DNA from: a virus
Lineage: Duplodnaviria; Caudoviricetes
IMG/VR virus record: IMGVR_UViG_3300042731_008397
Location: 68,055-132,054 of that record
DNA length: 64,000 bases
Reading direction: 5' to 3' (one strand)
Shown here: positions 39,165-47,620 of the stretch, piece by piece
How positions within the stretch are numbered: the stretch's first letter is position 1
How the letters are laid out: each line of letters begins with the position of its first letter
Notes under the pieces: model-generated
Told to the model about the DNA's origin: nothing
The model's input: the letters and a program-made list of their open reading frames with translations, nothing else
The model's database searches: none
Position numbers and translations under genes: made by a program

Positions 39165-39391
39165 AGAATTTACTTGACAAGAAGATACCTATAGGAGATA
39201 GTTGGCAATACTTCATATAGGCATTTCTGGTTAGTTGTCTTTTCTTAGGTGACTTGTGTACGGGACAAGTCACCTAAGCGAAATTCCTCAATCGTTTGTT
39301 ATTTCAAAAACCTTCGTTTCAAATTCTTTGTTGATCGGGATCTTAACATAGCTTATTTGCCGTGTGTCAGTACTCGGTGACACCCTTCCCT

Positions 39392-39536
39392 GTAAGGCTC
39401 CCCATCTTGTGGGGAGTGTCGGTTCCCTGACGTCGGTGTTGGGGTGGCAGGGCCTGCAAGTGGGAACGTCCTCGCAGGGTGTCGGTACCAACATCGGTGC
39501 CGCACGTCCTTATAACGAAGTCATTAATAAGGTAGA
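39392..39536 (-). ncRNA. Structured RNA family B, copy 3
   Basis: CCTTAT..ATAAGG ACGTGC; CGATGTTGG/CCAACACCG; CCTGC/GCAGG; same loop, GGGAAC and terminal hairpin. Confidence 0.78.
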
Positions 39537-39553
39537 GTGATACGAATTTTTAC

Positions 39554-39582
39554 ACTCTAAAAAAGTGGTAAAGAATTGTCAA
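39554..39582 (-). promoter_or_regulatory. Sigma70 promoter driving RNA B copy 3 and rep
   Basis: TTGACA-17-TAGAGT. Confidence 0.55.
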
Positions 39583-39668
39583 GAATTTTTTTAAACGCTT
39601 TACTATTCAGAGAAAGGGCGGACTCCGCCCTTTGACAAACACACGGGCATTTTAATAAAAAAAATAGC

Positions 39669-39696
39669 TTGACATTTTCAAATATTATTTTATGAT
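39669..39696 (+). promoter_or_regulatory. Sigma70 promoter driving RNA B copy 4 and the parM operon
   Basis: TTGACA-16-TATGAT. Confidence 0.6.
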
Positions 39697-39717
39697 AGTT
39701 TTTATGATAAAATAATA

Positions 39718-39897
39718 GTCGCTTCACTGTTGTACGGGTGTAGGAGGTTGCACTTCTTTAAGACCGCCCGTGTCGGCGTGAAGACGCGCCAGATGGATAT
39801 AAGTAACGGCACCTTATGAGGACATTCCCACTTGTAAGCTCTGTCACCCTTATACCCAGGTCAGGGAACCGTACTCCCCACAAGATGGGGAGATTGC
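39718..39897 (+). ncRNA. Structured RNA family B, copy 4
   Basis: CTTCAC..GTGAAG ACGCGC; TGGATATAAG/CTTATACCCA; GACATTCCCA; CAGGGAACC; CTCCCCACAAGATGGGGAG. Confidence 0.78.
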
Positions 39898-39944
39898 TGT
39901 AATCACAAACCATGTATTAACCCCGAAAAAAGGAGTACACACGT

Positions 39945-40271
39945 ATGTCAAAAGTAACCACAAATCGAATTACGAAAGACCAGATTTTGGGCTTTCATTC
40001 CACGCTTGTTATGACCATTGCCGCTCTAATTAAACAACGGTCAAACATCAATGCTGAACCGCTGTTTAGTCCCCCGCCTAAAGGGAAAGAAGAAGAAAAT
40101 AAACCGACAACAAAAGAACTGGGGCAGCGGCATGAAATTGACCTCAATACGGCATTTGCGTCGATCCATGCTGAACAGAAAAGGGCACAGCTTACCGTAT
40201 TGGACGCAAAAGTTGACGTATTAACCGATGTATTAACCCAATTTGAGGAAGCATTTGGAGTTGAAAGATAA
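39945..40271 (+). CDS. Hypothetical protein
   Basis: AAGGAG RBS. Confidence 0.6.
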   Translation: MSKVTTNRITKDQILGFHSTLVMTIAALIKQRSNINAEPLFSPPPKGKEEENKPTTKELGQRHEIDLNTAFASIHAEQKRAQLTVLDAKVDVLTDVLTQFEEAFGVER

Positions 40272-40308
40272 TCCAAGATGCTTCTCTTTCCCAGTAAAAG
40301 GAGACCCT

Positions 40309-41376
40309 ATGTTACCAAACAAAAAAATTTCTGTCGGGTTGGATCTTGGAGGAATGTCAACCAAAATAGTGCTTTCTGAAAAAGCCGGGACAATTGATAA
40401 ACATTACCATTTGTCGGCTACTAAGGCGATATTAGACCAGAAAGATCATTTTAAACTCTTTGCAGACCAGCCGTTTACGTTAGACCTTCCACATAAACGC
40501 CATTTCAGCCAGTTAGCGGCATTGATCAAAGGTTGTACCTATTCTTTGGATTCTCTTTCAACCCCGGATTCTCCACATACGGAAACGCTTGTTATCGGGT
40601 CTATTCTGCATGGACTATCACCTGAGATAACAGAGGCTATAATTTATCTGACCGTGGGAATCCCGGAAGGCAAAGATGAAATCGGAAAAGGATTTGTCCA
40701 GCATTATCGAGGTAAACACATTACGGGCAAACTCAAAGGTCGTCCTGAAGTCAATTTGGTGTTTAAATATATAGACTGGGATTACCAAGCTATTTGGGGA
40801 GTCCTGGGAAAATCTTTGTCATATTCCCCAAATGGCAGCATTGACGAAGATGAAGAAGTCGGAGAATCCCATTATGTGGTCATAGATGGAGGATCAGCGC
40901 AAATCAAAGTTTGCGAAGTCTTGCCGGGTTATGTTCTTGGCCCCCATGATTCGGAAGAAAACGGAACATGGACATATTTGAAAGAACTCCGGCGAATCCT
41001 TCAATCGGTTCATAAAGGGAAATATTTACCATTTACCGTTATGCAAGCCCTGACGAAGGGCGAATTGACTACAGGAAATGATAACTACCCCGTTGCCAAG
41101 AATTTCAAGCCGATCATTGAGGAATATTGCGCCGGGGTTGTCAATCTTGTCCGTAATACGGTTTCTGACTGGACAAATATTCGGAAAGTTTTCATTATGG
41201 GCGGTATGGCAGAATTTCTACTCCCAGTCATCCGAAATACATACGGGCCTGATGTCGGTGAGGATCATATTGTTATCATCTCAGATGACCCGATTTTCTT
41301 TATGGCACAAAGCATGGAGATTTCCTCCCGATATGAGATACTGTATGGTGAGGAGTCAGGACATGCCGATTCATAA
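40309..41376 (+). CDS. parM: ParM/StbA-like actin ATPase
   Basis: VGLDLGG..TK, LTVGIP, VVIDGGS, FIMGGMA actin-fold motifs. Confidence 0.8.
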   Translation: MLPNKKISVGLDLGGMSTKIVLSEKAGTIDKHYHLSATKAILDQKDHFKLFADQPFTLDLPHKRHFSQLAALIKGCTYSLDSLSTPDSPHTETLVIGSILHGLSPEITEAIIYLTVGIPEGKDEIGKGFVQHYRGKHITGKLKGRPEVNLVFKYIDWDYQAIWGVLGKSLSYSPNGSIDEDEEVGESHYVVIDGGSAQIKVCEVLPGYVLGPHDSEENGTWTYLKELRRILQSVHKGKYLPFTVMQALTKGELTTGNDNYPVAKNFKPIIEEYCAGVVNLVRNTVSDWTNIRKVFIMGGMAEFLLPVIRNTYGPDVGEDHIVIISDDPIFFMAQSMEISSRYEILYGEESGHADS

Positions 41377-41809
41377 AACAATCTCATTTATTGAGGATAC
41401 GCCCGAAAATGAACGAATCTTGGAGTTTGTTAAAACCGGAGAATGGAAAACCCATCAACATTCCGGGAATTTCTCTGTGTTTATCAGACAACTTATTTGG
41501 GAACGGTTTTTCTCACAAGACGGGTTAGCCAAAGACTTGATCTTATTTCAACAGATACTTGCCCGGAATAAACGGTTTTTGGGGGCGTTTGAAGCGATCT
41601 TGGTAGCAGCGGGCGGACAGCCCGCTGTGATTCTACCGCCGTCTCCGCCCAATATGGCAGAAAAGGCATTAGAAATAGCGGCTAAGACTGGTACAGACCT
41701 TCCGGTAACTGAAATTTCATCTAATCCGCATGGGCAGGTTGGAGAAAAGGAAGTTAAACAAAAGCCAGTTAAAGCCTTACAACGGCGTAAAAGGAAAAAA
41801 GATGAGTGA
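41363..41809 (+). CDS. ParR-like adaptor
   Basis: Overlaps the parM end; KTISF...NFSVFIRQLI RHH-like N-terminus, disordered tail. Confidence 0.6.
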   Translation: MPIHKTISFIEDTPENERILEFVKTGEWKTHQHSGNFSVFIRQLIWERFFSQDGLAKDLILFQQILARNKRFLGAFEAILVAAGGQPAVILPPSPPNMAEKALEIAAKTGTDLPVTEISSNPHGQVGEKEVKQKPVKALQRRKRKKDE

Positions 41810-42428
41810 AGAAATCGAAAGAAAAGCAGTTTTAGCGGTAGACCCGTCCTTTCGTTGTACCGGATGGGTTCTATTTGAAGACGGGAAACCTCAATTACAT
41901 GGAACAATTCGCACCAAATCACGGGGGAGGAAGTTGAAGATCAGGAAAGGAAGCGCCGATATACAAGACATCCTTTTCATTCAAAAGAAATTACAAACGA
42001 TTTGTTACCAACACCCTGTCCGCATAATTGTGGCGGAAGAGCCCGCTGGCTCAACGAAAGGCACCCGAGGCACGAAAACCTTAGCGTATGCGGTAACGAT
42101 TATTGCCGGGTTAGAAGGCTATTTAGGCTATCCGGTCATTTGGATTCGGTACGATGAGGCTAAGGAAGTGGTCGCTGGGAAAAAGACGGCTACAAAGCTT
42201 GAGGTACGGGCGAAAGTGTGTGCCAAGTGGCCTATGTATGACTTCAAACGCCCTCAATACGGGGGGAAAGACCTAACTCTTCCAGAAATCGAGGCGATTG
42301 GAGATGCCGCTTCCGTCTACTGGGCAGCCACAGAGCTTGATCCGACCGTTAAGCTTTTACATGTTCCAAAATTTCCTATTATACCGCTTAAATACCCCAA
42401 TTATCGGGTTGAATGTGGTCCAGATTGA
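41802..42428 (+). CDS. ruvC: RuvC-like Holliday junction resolvase
   Basis: LAVDPS..CTGW, IVAEE, AGKKTATKLEV, IGDA. Confidence 0.85.
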   Translation: MSEEIERKAVLAVDPSFRCTGWVLFEDGKPQLHGTIRTKSRGRKLKIRKGSADIQDILFIQKKLQTICYQHPVRIIVAEEPAGSTKGTRGTKTLAYAVTIIAGLEGYLGYPVIWIRYDEAKEVVAGKKTATKLEVRAKVCAKWPMYDFKRPQYGGKDLTLPEIEAIGDAASVYWAATELDPTVKLLHVPKFPIIPLKYPNYRVECGPD

Positions 42429-42589
42429 CATTCTTCTGAGTGAAAAACGCCCGTCAGAAAGAAAACAAAAGTAGGAGGGGGTAGTTGGCGAAGTTCCTTG
42501 CTCTGTAAGCAACGAACTGGGGGAAATATCAAAAATATAATTTCCCCGAATAAGACAGGAAGTTGGGAATTGGAATACCCGGTGAATGT

Positions 42590-42636
42590 TTTCATAGGGG
42601 CTATGCTTCCAAAAACGCCTTAGAATCGAAATATGA
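42590..42636 (+). repeat. Dispersed element A, copy 5 (right arm only)
   Basis: ttcataggggctatgcttcc....ttagaatcgaaatatg. Confidence 0.5.
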
Positions 42637-42790
42637 AAGCCGGTTTTGGAAGCCCCGTCATTCGGGAGATTCCAGCACCCCGAAAAAGCCCGTCATTCGG
42701 GCAAAGAACTTTTTAACAGAAAAAGCGTTTAAATCTCCCATAGCCAGTCTCAATATGTGAGTTTTAAGCACTAAACAGAGGAGAGAAGTC

Positions 42791-43123
42791 ATGGAAGTTT
42801 TAGATGGCGGAAAAGACAAAAAAGAACAACCGGAGGTTACGGAAACCCCGCAAAAAGGGCAAAAAGATAAGCCGAAACCGGCTTTCCCGACTGCATTAGA
42901 TAAGGTTATGGATGATGTCCGGGAACACCTTGAAACGGCTCTTCCAAAAGCTATTGAAGGAGTTAAGGAAACGATGGAGAAGGCATCTGTCACTGTTACG
43001 GTCGAAATGGGGTATAATAAACATGATGAACTTGTGACCACGGTCGGCGGACGGGTCAATATCCCCATGAAAAAGAGTGTCCATGAAGGAGAAATCTTGG
43101 ATGGTCAGCTCCATTTTTGGTAA
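42791..43123 (+). CDS. Hypothetical protein
   Basis: 110 aa; ends GQLHFW. Confidence 0.6.
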   Translation: MEVLDGGKDKKEQPEVTETPQKGQKDKPKPAFPTALDKVMDDVREHLETALPKAIEGVKETMEKASVTVTVEMGYNKHDELVTTVGGRVNIPMKKSVHEGEILDGQLHFW

Positions 43124-43127
43124 ACAT

Positions 43128-43225
43128 CACCAAATTTCATTTCTAAGCGTTCGGAAGTCCAGCCCCTATACACATAGGGGCTATATCCCAAAGTCCTCAT
43201 GTAGCGTCTCTCAGAGCACCAGAGA
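43128..43225 (-). repeat. Dispersed element A, copy 6
   Basis: Left arm nearly identical to copy 3; cccctatgtgtatagggg core. Confidence 0.85.
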
Positions 43226-43231
43226 ATGATT

Positions 43232-44248
43232 TCAAGAAGTGGTGATCTGGAACATAAAAGGGATTACCAACAAAAGATATTTGATATTCCCATAACCAAC
43301 AAGGATCCCTGCCAATATAAAATACGCATAAGGGTGCCATGAAATACACCATAACGGGAAAAGATAGAACGGAATTGCCTTTAAAGAGGCGCATGATAAA
43401 TGTACCCATCTCCATTTCAATGAATGGAAGAGCTTTAGCATGAGTTTTTTGAGCACATTTTTTCTTGGGAGTGTATTGCTTGGTCGTCGGTACATCGAAT
43501 AAAGCCCACCTGAAAATTGATGTAGCAGAAAGCGGGCGTGAAGATGGCCCCAGTACCATTTTGACGCCCACCATCCATAGATCCCTCCACCTATAATCGG
43601 TAGCGTGATTGAAAAAGAAGGCCACAGCATCGGAATTAAGAATGGCACTACAATAATCGTTGAATATTTCAGGAAACACGCCAAAAGTATTGTGACTCCT
43701 GCAAACCATCTATGATGCATTTGGATAAAACGTAGTGCAATAAGTACCAGACCAAACGCATACAAGTCATTCATTGGCTGTAATGACATTATTTGCATAA
43801 GTGGGGTGGCTGCGATTAACAACATTTGTGTACGCCCATATAACACGATACATAATTTTAAACATACGCCGGTCCAAAAAAGGGCATAAATTTGCTGTAA
43901 GAAATAAGAAGGAGTTTGCGCAACCAGCCACGTAAATAGCGGCGGTTGCAGCTTAACGTAGTTGCAAAATGGAAGTGTCTCAAGAAATTGATGAACGGAT
44001 AATCCGTGGAGAAGATAAAGTTGATTCCAGGTTATTCGCACATCAATGCAGAGCATAGAGCCTTTGAACCCCACAAGAAGATTTAATAAATAACACAAAA
44101 GAATTCGTTCTGATGTCCAAGTATACTCAATAGCCAAAAAACAGATAAGCATATTTACACATATAATTATCCACTGTAGACAAGACAATGATAAACTATC
44201 TTTAAACACCAACCCAACCACTAATAGCCTCCGGGCACTTCGATCCAA
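43232..44248 (-). CDS. Polytopic membrane protein, GT-C glycosyltransferase-like
   Basis: Many TM helices; LQPPLF, QPMND and LKY motifs. Confidence 0.55.
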   Translation of the reverse strand: MDRSARRLLVVGLVFKDSLSLSCLQWIIICVNMLICFLAIEYTWTSERILLCYLLNLLVGFKGSMLCIDVRITWNQLYLLHGLSVHQFLETLPFCNYVKLQPPLFTWLVAQTPSYFLQQIYALFWTGVCLKLCIVLYGRTQMLLIAATPLMQIMSLQPMNDLYAFGLVLIALRFIQMHHRWFAGVTILLACFLKYSTIIVVPFLIPMLWPSFSITLPIIGGGIYGWWASKWYWGHLHARFLLHQFSGGLYSMYRRPSNTLPRKNVLKKLMLKLFHSLKWRWVHLSCASLKAIPFYLFPLWCISWHPYAYFILAGILVGYGNIKYLLLVIPFMFQITTS

Positions 44249-45267
44249 TCACCAGCATCACACGTCAAATCAATACTCCCACAAACATCTCCAAGTGCCG
44301 TCCCTTCACCTTCATCAAAATTCCACTGTGCAGCACAGTGGGGATATGACCCTTCTTTTGTAATCCCTTTCCACGAGCTAGCCGGGAAGACATCATTGTC
44401 TCCAAATGCCATAAACATGATCCGTCCGTCTACGGAACTGCCCAAATTAACCGTGTCTGTTGTGCCGACCCCTGTATAATTATCGAAATCCGTTACAGCG
44501 GCAACTACGGCACCACAAGTGCCATTAACACAAAAAGTTACCTCATCATTCGTTCCATCATAGGAAACATCAATTTGGATCGGGACGCCGGTTTCTTGTG
44601 CCCCTAGCGATTGAGATGTATAGGTGTAGGTCGTAGTCGCAGGTGTTCCCCCTAAATCTGTTCCGACCGTGACATACAGTTGATTTGAGGCATCAATCCC
44701 AACACGGAGACGTACCGCAGAATATTCGGAATTAATAAAATCCCATAGTGTACAAGTTTGGAGCGTATCAATCACCATCGCTGCGGACCAATGCCAATTC
44801 GTCTTAAAAAAAACTGGTTTTAACGTTGATGCGGAAATGGTAGTTGTCGCCATTGTGCCTGTCCCGTTATCATCAAGCCCATACTCAAGACTCCCTCCAC
44901 TGCCTGACCCAACCTCAGCCCAGTCTTCTCCGTAATTTTGATACATTAATATCCCACTAGTGTTTTTAAACCGGACAGGAAGAGATGTCATAGAGTTGTA
45001 AAGAAATAGCACTTCTTCATCCAAAATTGATGGCGTAATGGTCATGACCCCATTACTGGATGTTGCGTTTTGCTCCGTAATCTCTGTTAACGGTTCTCCT
45101 CCTGGAGCAATAATCACTGTCCGCCGTGGAGTCCCCGAATCTTGAATAACTTGCGAGAGCGCCTGCTGTTTCCGGGCAAGTAATTCTTGTTGAGCGTGAA
45201 TAAACAAAATTCCAACCCCTAAACCACATAAAAAAAGTAGGCTATATACAAACTGTTTTCGTGTCAT
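44221..45267 (-). CDS. Signal-peptide protein with a LamG/ConA-like C-terminal domain
   Basis: N-terminal signal ending IHA; VSYDG...FCVNG; AQWNFDEGEGT. Confidence 0.6.
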   Translation of the reverse strand: MTRKQFVYSLLFLCGLGVGILFIHAQQELLARKQQALSQVIQDSGTPRRTVIIAPGGEPLTEITEQNATSSNGVMTITPSILDEEVLFLYNSMTSLPVRFKNTSGILMYQNYGEDWAEVGSGSGGSLEYGLDDNGTGTMATTTISASTLKPVFFKTNWHWSAAMVIDTLQTCTLWDFINSEYSAVRLRVGIDASNQLYVTVGTDLGGTPATTTYTYTSQSLGAQETGVPIQIDVSYDGTNDEVTFCVNGTCGAVVAAVTDFDNYTGVGTTDTVNLGSSVDGRIMFMAFGDNDVFPASSWKGITKEGSYPHCAAQWNFDEGEGTALGDVCGSIDLTCDAGDWIEVPGGY

Positions 45268-45281
45268 AATCTTTCATCTCC

Positions 45282-46205
45282 TTACCAATACTCCTCATGG
45301 AGGAGTCGGATTGATTCATTTAAGATGAGACGAATCCGAACATACCCGCTAGGACTATAAGATCCGCTGTACCAATCCCCGTCATTACGATACTCGAATT
45401 CTCCTGGAAATTCCAGCCAATCTTCTGAAGTTTCAATAGGGCACCATCCCCATGCTCCTGTTGCAACATGACCGGTGACTTCTCCGCTTCCCCCGATTAG
45501 ACTGACATCAAATTCATATCGAAACATTTCGTATTCAGTTGTATCACTCGTACATAAAAAACTGACAATAAGGGTATTCCCAGAAAAAGAGACAATGACA
45601 GATAACATGGATAGATAGCCAACATAACTAATATGTTGACCGACCCATCCTGTCCACCATAGCATAAGATCATAGGTTGTAATTCCTGGCGCAGGATCTG
45701 ATGTCTGACCGGGATGGCGAACAATATACCCTAAATGAGATGTCCAAGCGTTCTCACCATCTGGATTCTGTGAAAAATCAGAATACACCATAGGATTGTG
45801 AACGACAATATCTTTTGTCTCAAGAATCCCAATTTGTGACACTAACCGAGACCATTGTGTATTACACCACTCAGTTCCTGTACATTTATATCCAAATCCA
45901 GCAAAAGCTGTTGAGTTAAAATACGGGTAGCCTAGTTTGGGCCCCCATTCATAACGATAGTCAAGAGGAATAACATATACATGAATTTTTTGTTCGGTTA
46001 AGAGTCCACGATCCACAGGTTGATGTTTAGGGAAAATCGGATGGAAAAGAGCGGGCGGTTTCGGAGCAATGGCTTGTTGCCCTTTCGGGTCTACCATAAC
46101 AAACCAGTCTCTGTATTTGACATTTGTTAAGACGTTCCCATCCTCGGTAATACCGATGCCTCCCCCGATAAATTTGATAATTTGATCAACTTTGGATTTA
46201 CTCAT
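45282..46205 (-). CDS. Hypothetical tail-associated protein
   Basis: Aromatic, beta-rich; context. Confidence 0.45.
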   Translation of the reverse strand: MSKSKVDQIIKFIGGGIGITEDGNVLTNVKYRDWFVMVDPKGQQAIAPKPPALFHPIFPKHQPVDRGLLTEQKIHVYVIPLDYRYEWGPKLGYPYFNSTAFAGFGYKCTGTEWCNTQWSRLVSQIGILETKDIVVHNPMVYSDFSQNPDGENAWTSHLGYIVRHPGQTSDPAPGITTYDLMLWWTGWVGQHISYVGYLSMLSVIVSFSGNTLIVSFLCTSDTTEYEMFRYEFDVSLIGGSGEVTGHVATGAWGWCPIETSEDWLEFPGEFEYRNDGDWYSGSYSPSGYVRIRLILNESIRLLHEEYW

Positions 46206-46309
46206 TTCGCCACACCCGATGTCTTATTAACATCGTGCCTTCCATTGCTTCACAAAGCATCCAAATAAATCCGATCTAGTTAAATAGATGACAAATTCTT
46301 GGAATCCCA

Positions 46310-47620
46310 TTAATCTTTGCGATTATTCTCGTCTTCAAAACTTCCTATTAAAAAATATCTGTCTAACCCCTTGAACGTAGCGAGATAAACCGGGATCTCT
46401 TCCTGTAGGTCGCCTTGTTTTGTAAGCATGAACTTTTGAGGAAATTCATTAGGAAGAGTTTCCAACAACTTTTGATAGCTGTCTTGCCGGAATACTTGTT
46501 TTAGCCGTAATTGTGTTTTATCTAAATTAAGAATCCGAGAGACGTTCGTATTTACCCATTGTAGAGTATAGTTAAAATCCAATGACATTAAACAGATTTT
46601 ATAGTCATGTAGGTCAATCTTACCATAGGGGAATATTTGTGTCAATCGTTCGCAAAAGGTTATTTTTTTATCTAATGCGATATTATAGGTAGTAAATAGC
46701 CTTACTGGGAAAACAGTTCCTGATTTTGTAGTATTTAACGTTATGATTACAGAAGATTGAGAGTAATCAAAGAAAGAGGACTCTTTCAGAAAAAGGGGGG
46801 CATAAATAAATACAGGCTTTCCAATAACTTCCTCAACCTTGTAGCCGTGCATCTCGGCATCAAATTTATTGGTATAGATGATTTTTTTTGTAGAAATAGA
46901 GGAAATCGTAAGTCCGATATTTTTAACCGAATCTAATGCAAGTTGAAAAGATTCCAGTAAAAATTTTTCCTGAACAGCATTACTAATATCAGAAATCCCT
47001 GCCTTGAACGAAAATGCTGCCTCACCATGAAATTCTTTACTCATGACAAGTTGACCCCATCCTGTTGACCCGTTTTTTCTTATAAATTTAATTGAGAACG
47101 TTTGTGGGCAGTCATGTGTTTCCTGGCTTTTTGCATACTGAGAAATTTGGGATAAGATATTATTGGAATCATCATGGAATATAGTTGCTAGTGGCATTCC
47201 TTGAAGTTCTTGGCTTGAGTACTCCAACATTGTTTCACATAATTTGTCAATCCATTGAATGGTCAAGTTTTGTGAAAGCCTCATCCCCATGATATTGAAA
47301 GATTGATTGATAGTGTATCGTTCTTTATTTTTTCTTTGCAATCGGTACCGTGAATTGAGAAGTTTTAGGTAACCCAGTGCAACAATAATAAGTGGAACCG
47401 AAAGCAAACTTTCCCACAAAGAGAACGGAGAAAAAACATACCAAAGATTACCAGGAAACGGGTATAACCGGAGTATGAGTTTCCCGATAATATATATACC
47501 TAGATACACATAGAAAAACACTTGCATTTTTTTTAAATTCCCATCAGGCAACAAAAAATAGTGGGAAGAGATTGAAAAGAGGCATAATGCCATAAATACG
47601 TTTAAGAACAGAAAGATCAT
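46310..47620 (-). CDS. Membrane protein with tandem PAS domains and no output domain
   Basis: Three TM helices; CETMLEYSSQELQG, RKNGSTGW, AEMHGYKVEEVIGK, TKSGTVFPV. Confidence 0.75.
   Translation of the reverse strand: MIFLFLNVFMALCLFSISSHYFLLPDGNLKKMQVFFYVYLGIYIIGKLILRLYPFPGNLWYVFSPFSLWESLLSVPLIIVALGYLKLLNSRYRLQRKNKERYTINQSFNIMGMRLSQNLTIQWIDKLCETMLEYSSQELQGMPLATIFHDDSNNILSQISQYAKSQETHDCPQTFSIKFIRKNGSTGWGQLVMSKEFHGEAAFSFKAGISDISNAVQEKFLLESFQLALDSVKNIGLTISSISTKKIIYTNKFDAEMHGYKVEEVIGKPVFIYAPLFLKESSFFDYSQSSVIITLNTTKSGTVFPVRLFTTYNIALDKKITFCERLTQIFPYGKIDLHDYKICLMSLDFNYTLQWVNTNVSRILNLDKTQLRLKQVFRQDSYQKLLETLPNEFPQKFMLTKQGDLQEEIPVYLATFKGLDRYFLIGSFEDENNRKD

Noticed and set aside
39288-39494. 68-aa ORF (and 31910..32164) overlapping RNA B copies
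   Set aside because: The frame is not conserved among the four copies; conservation follows base pairing, not codons
32004-39897. RNA family B as a THF riboswitch or a twister, hammerhead or HDV ribozyme
   Set aside because: Only a short UGGGAACGUC resemblance on the antisense strand; the core motifs and topology of those classes were not found by eye
41802-42428. RuvC-fold ORF as the IsrB/IscB partner of RNA family B
   Set aside because: No PLMP motif, HNH domain or long Arg-rich bridge helix; size and motifs fit an ordinary resolvase
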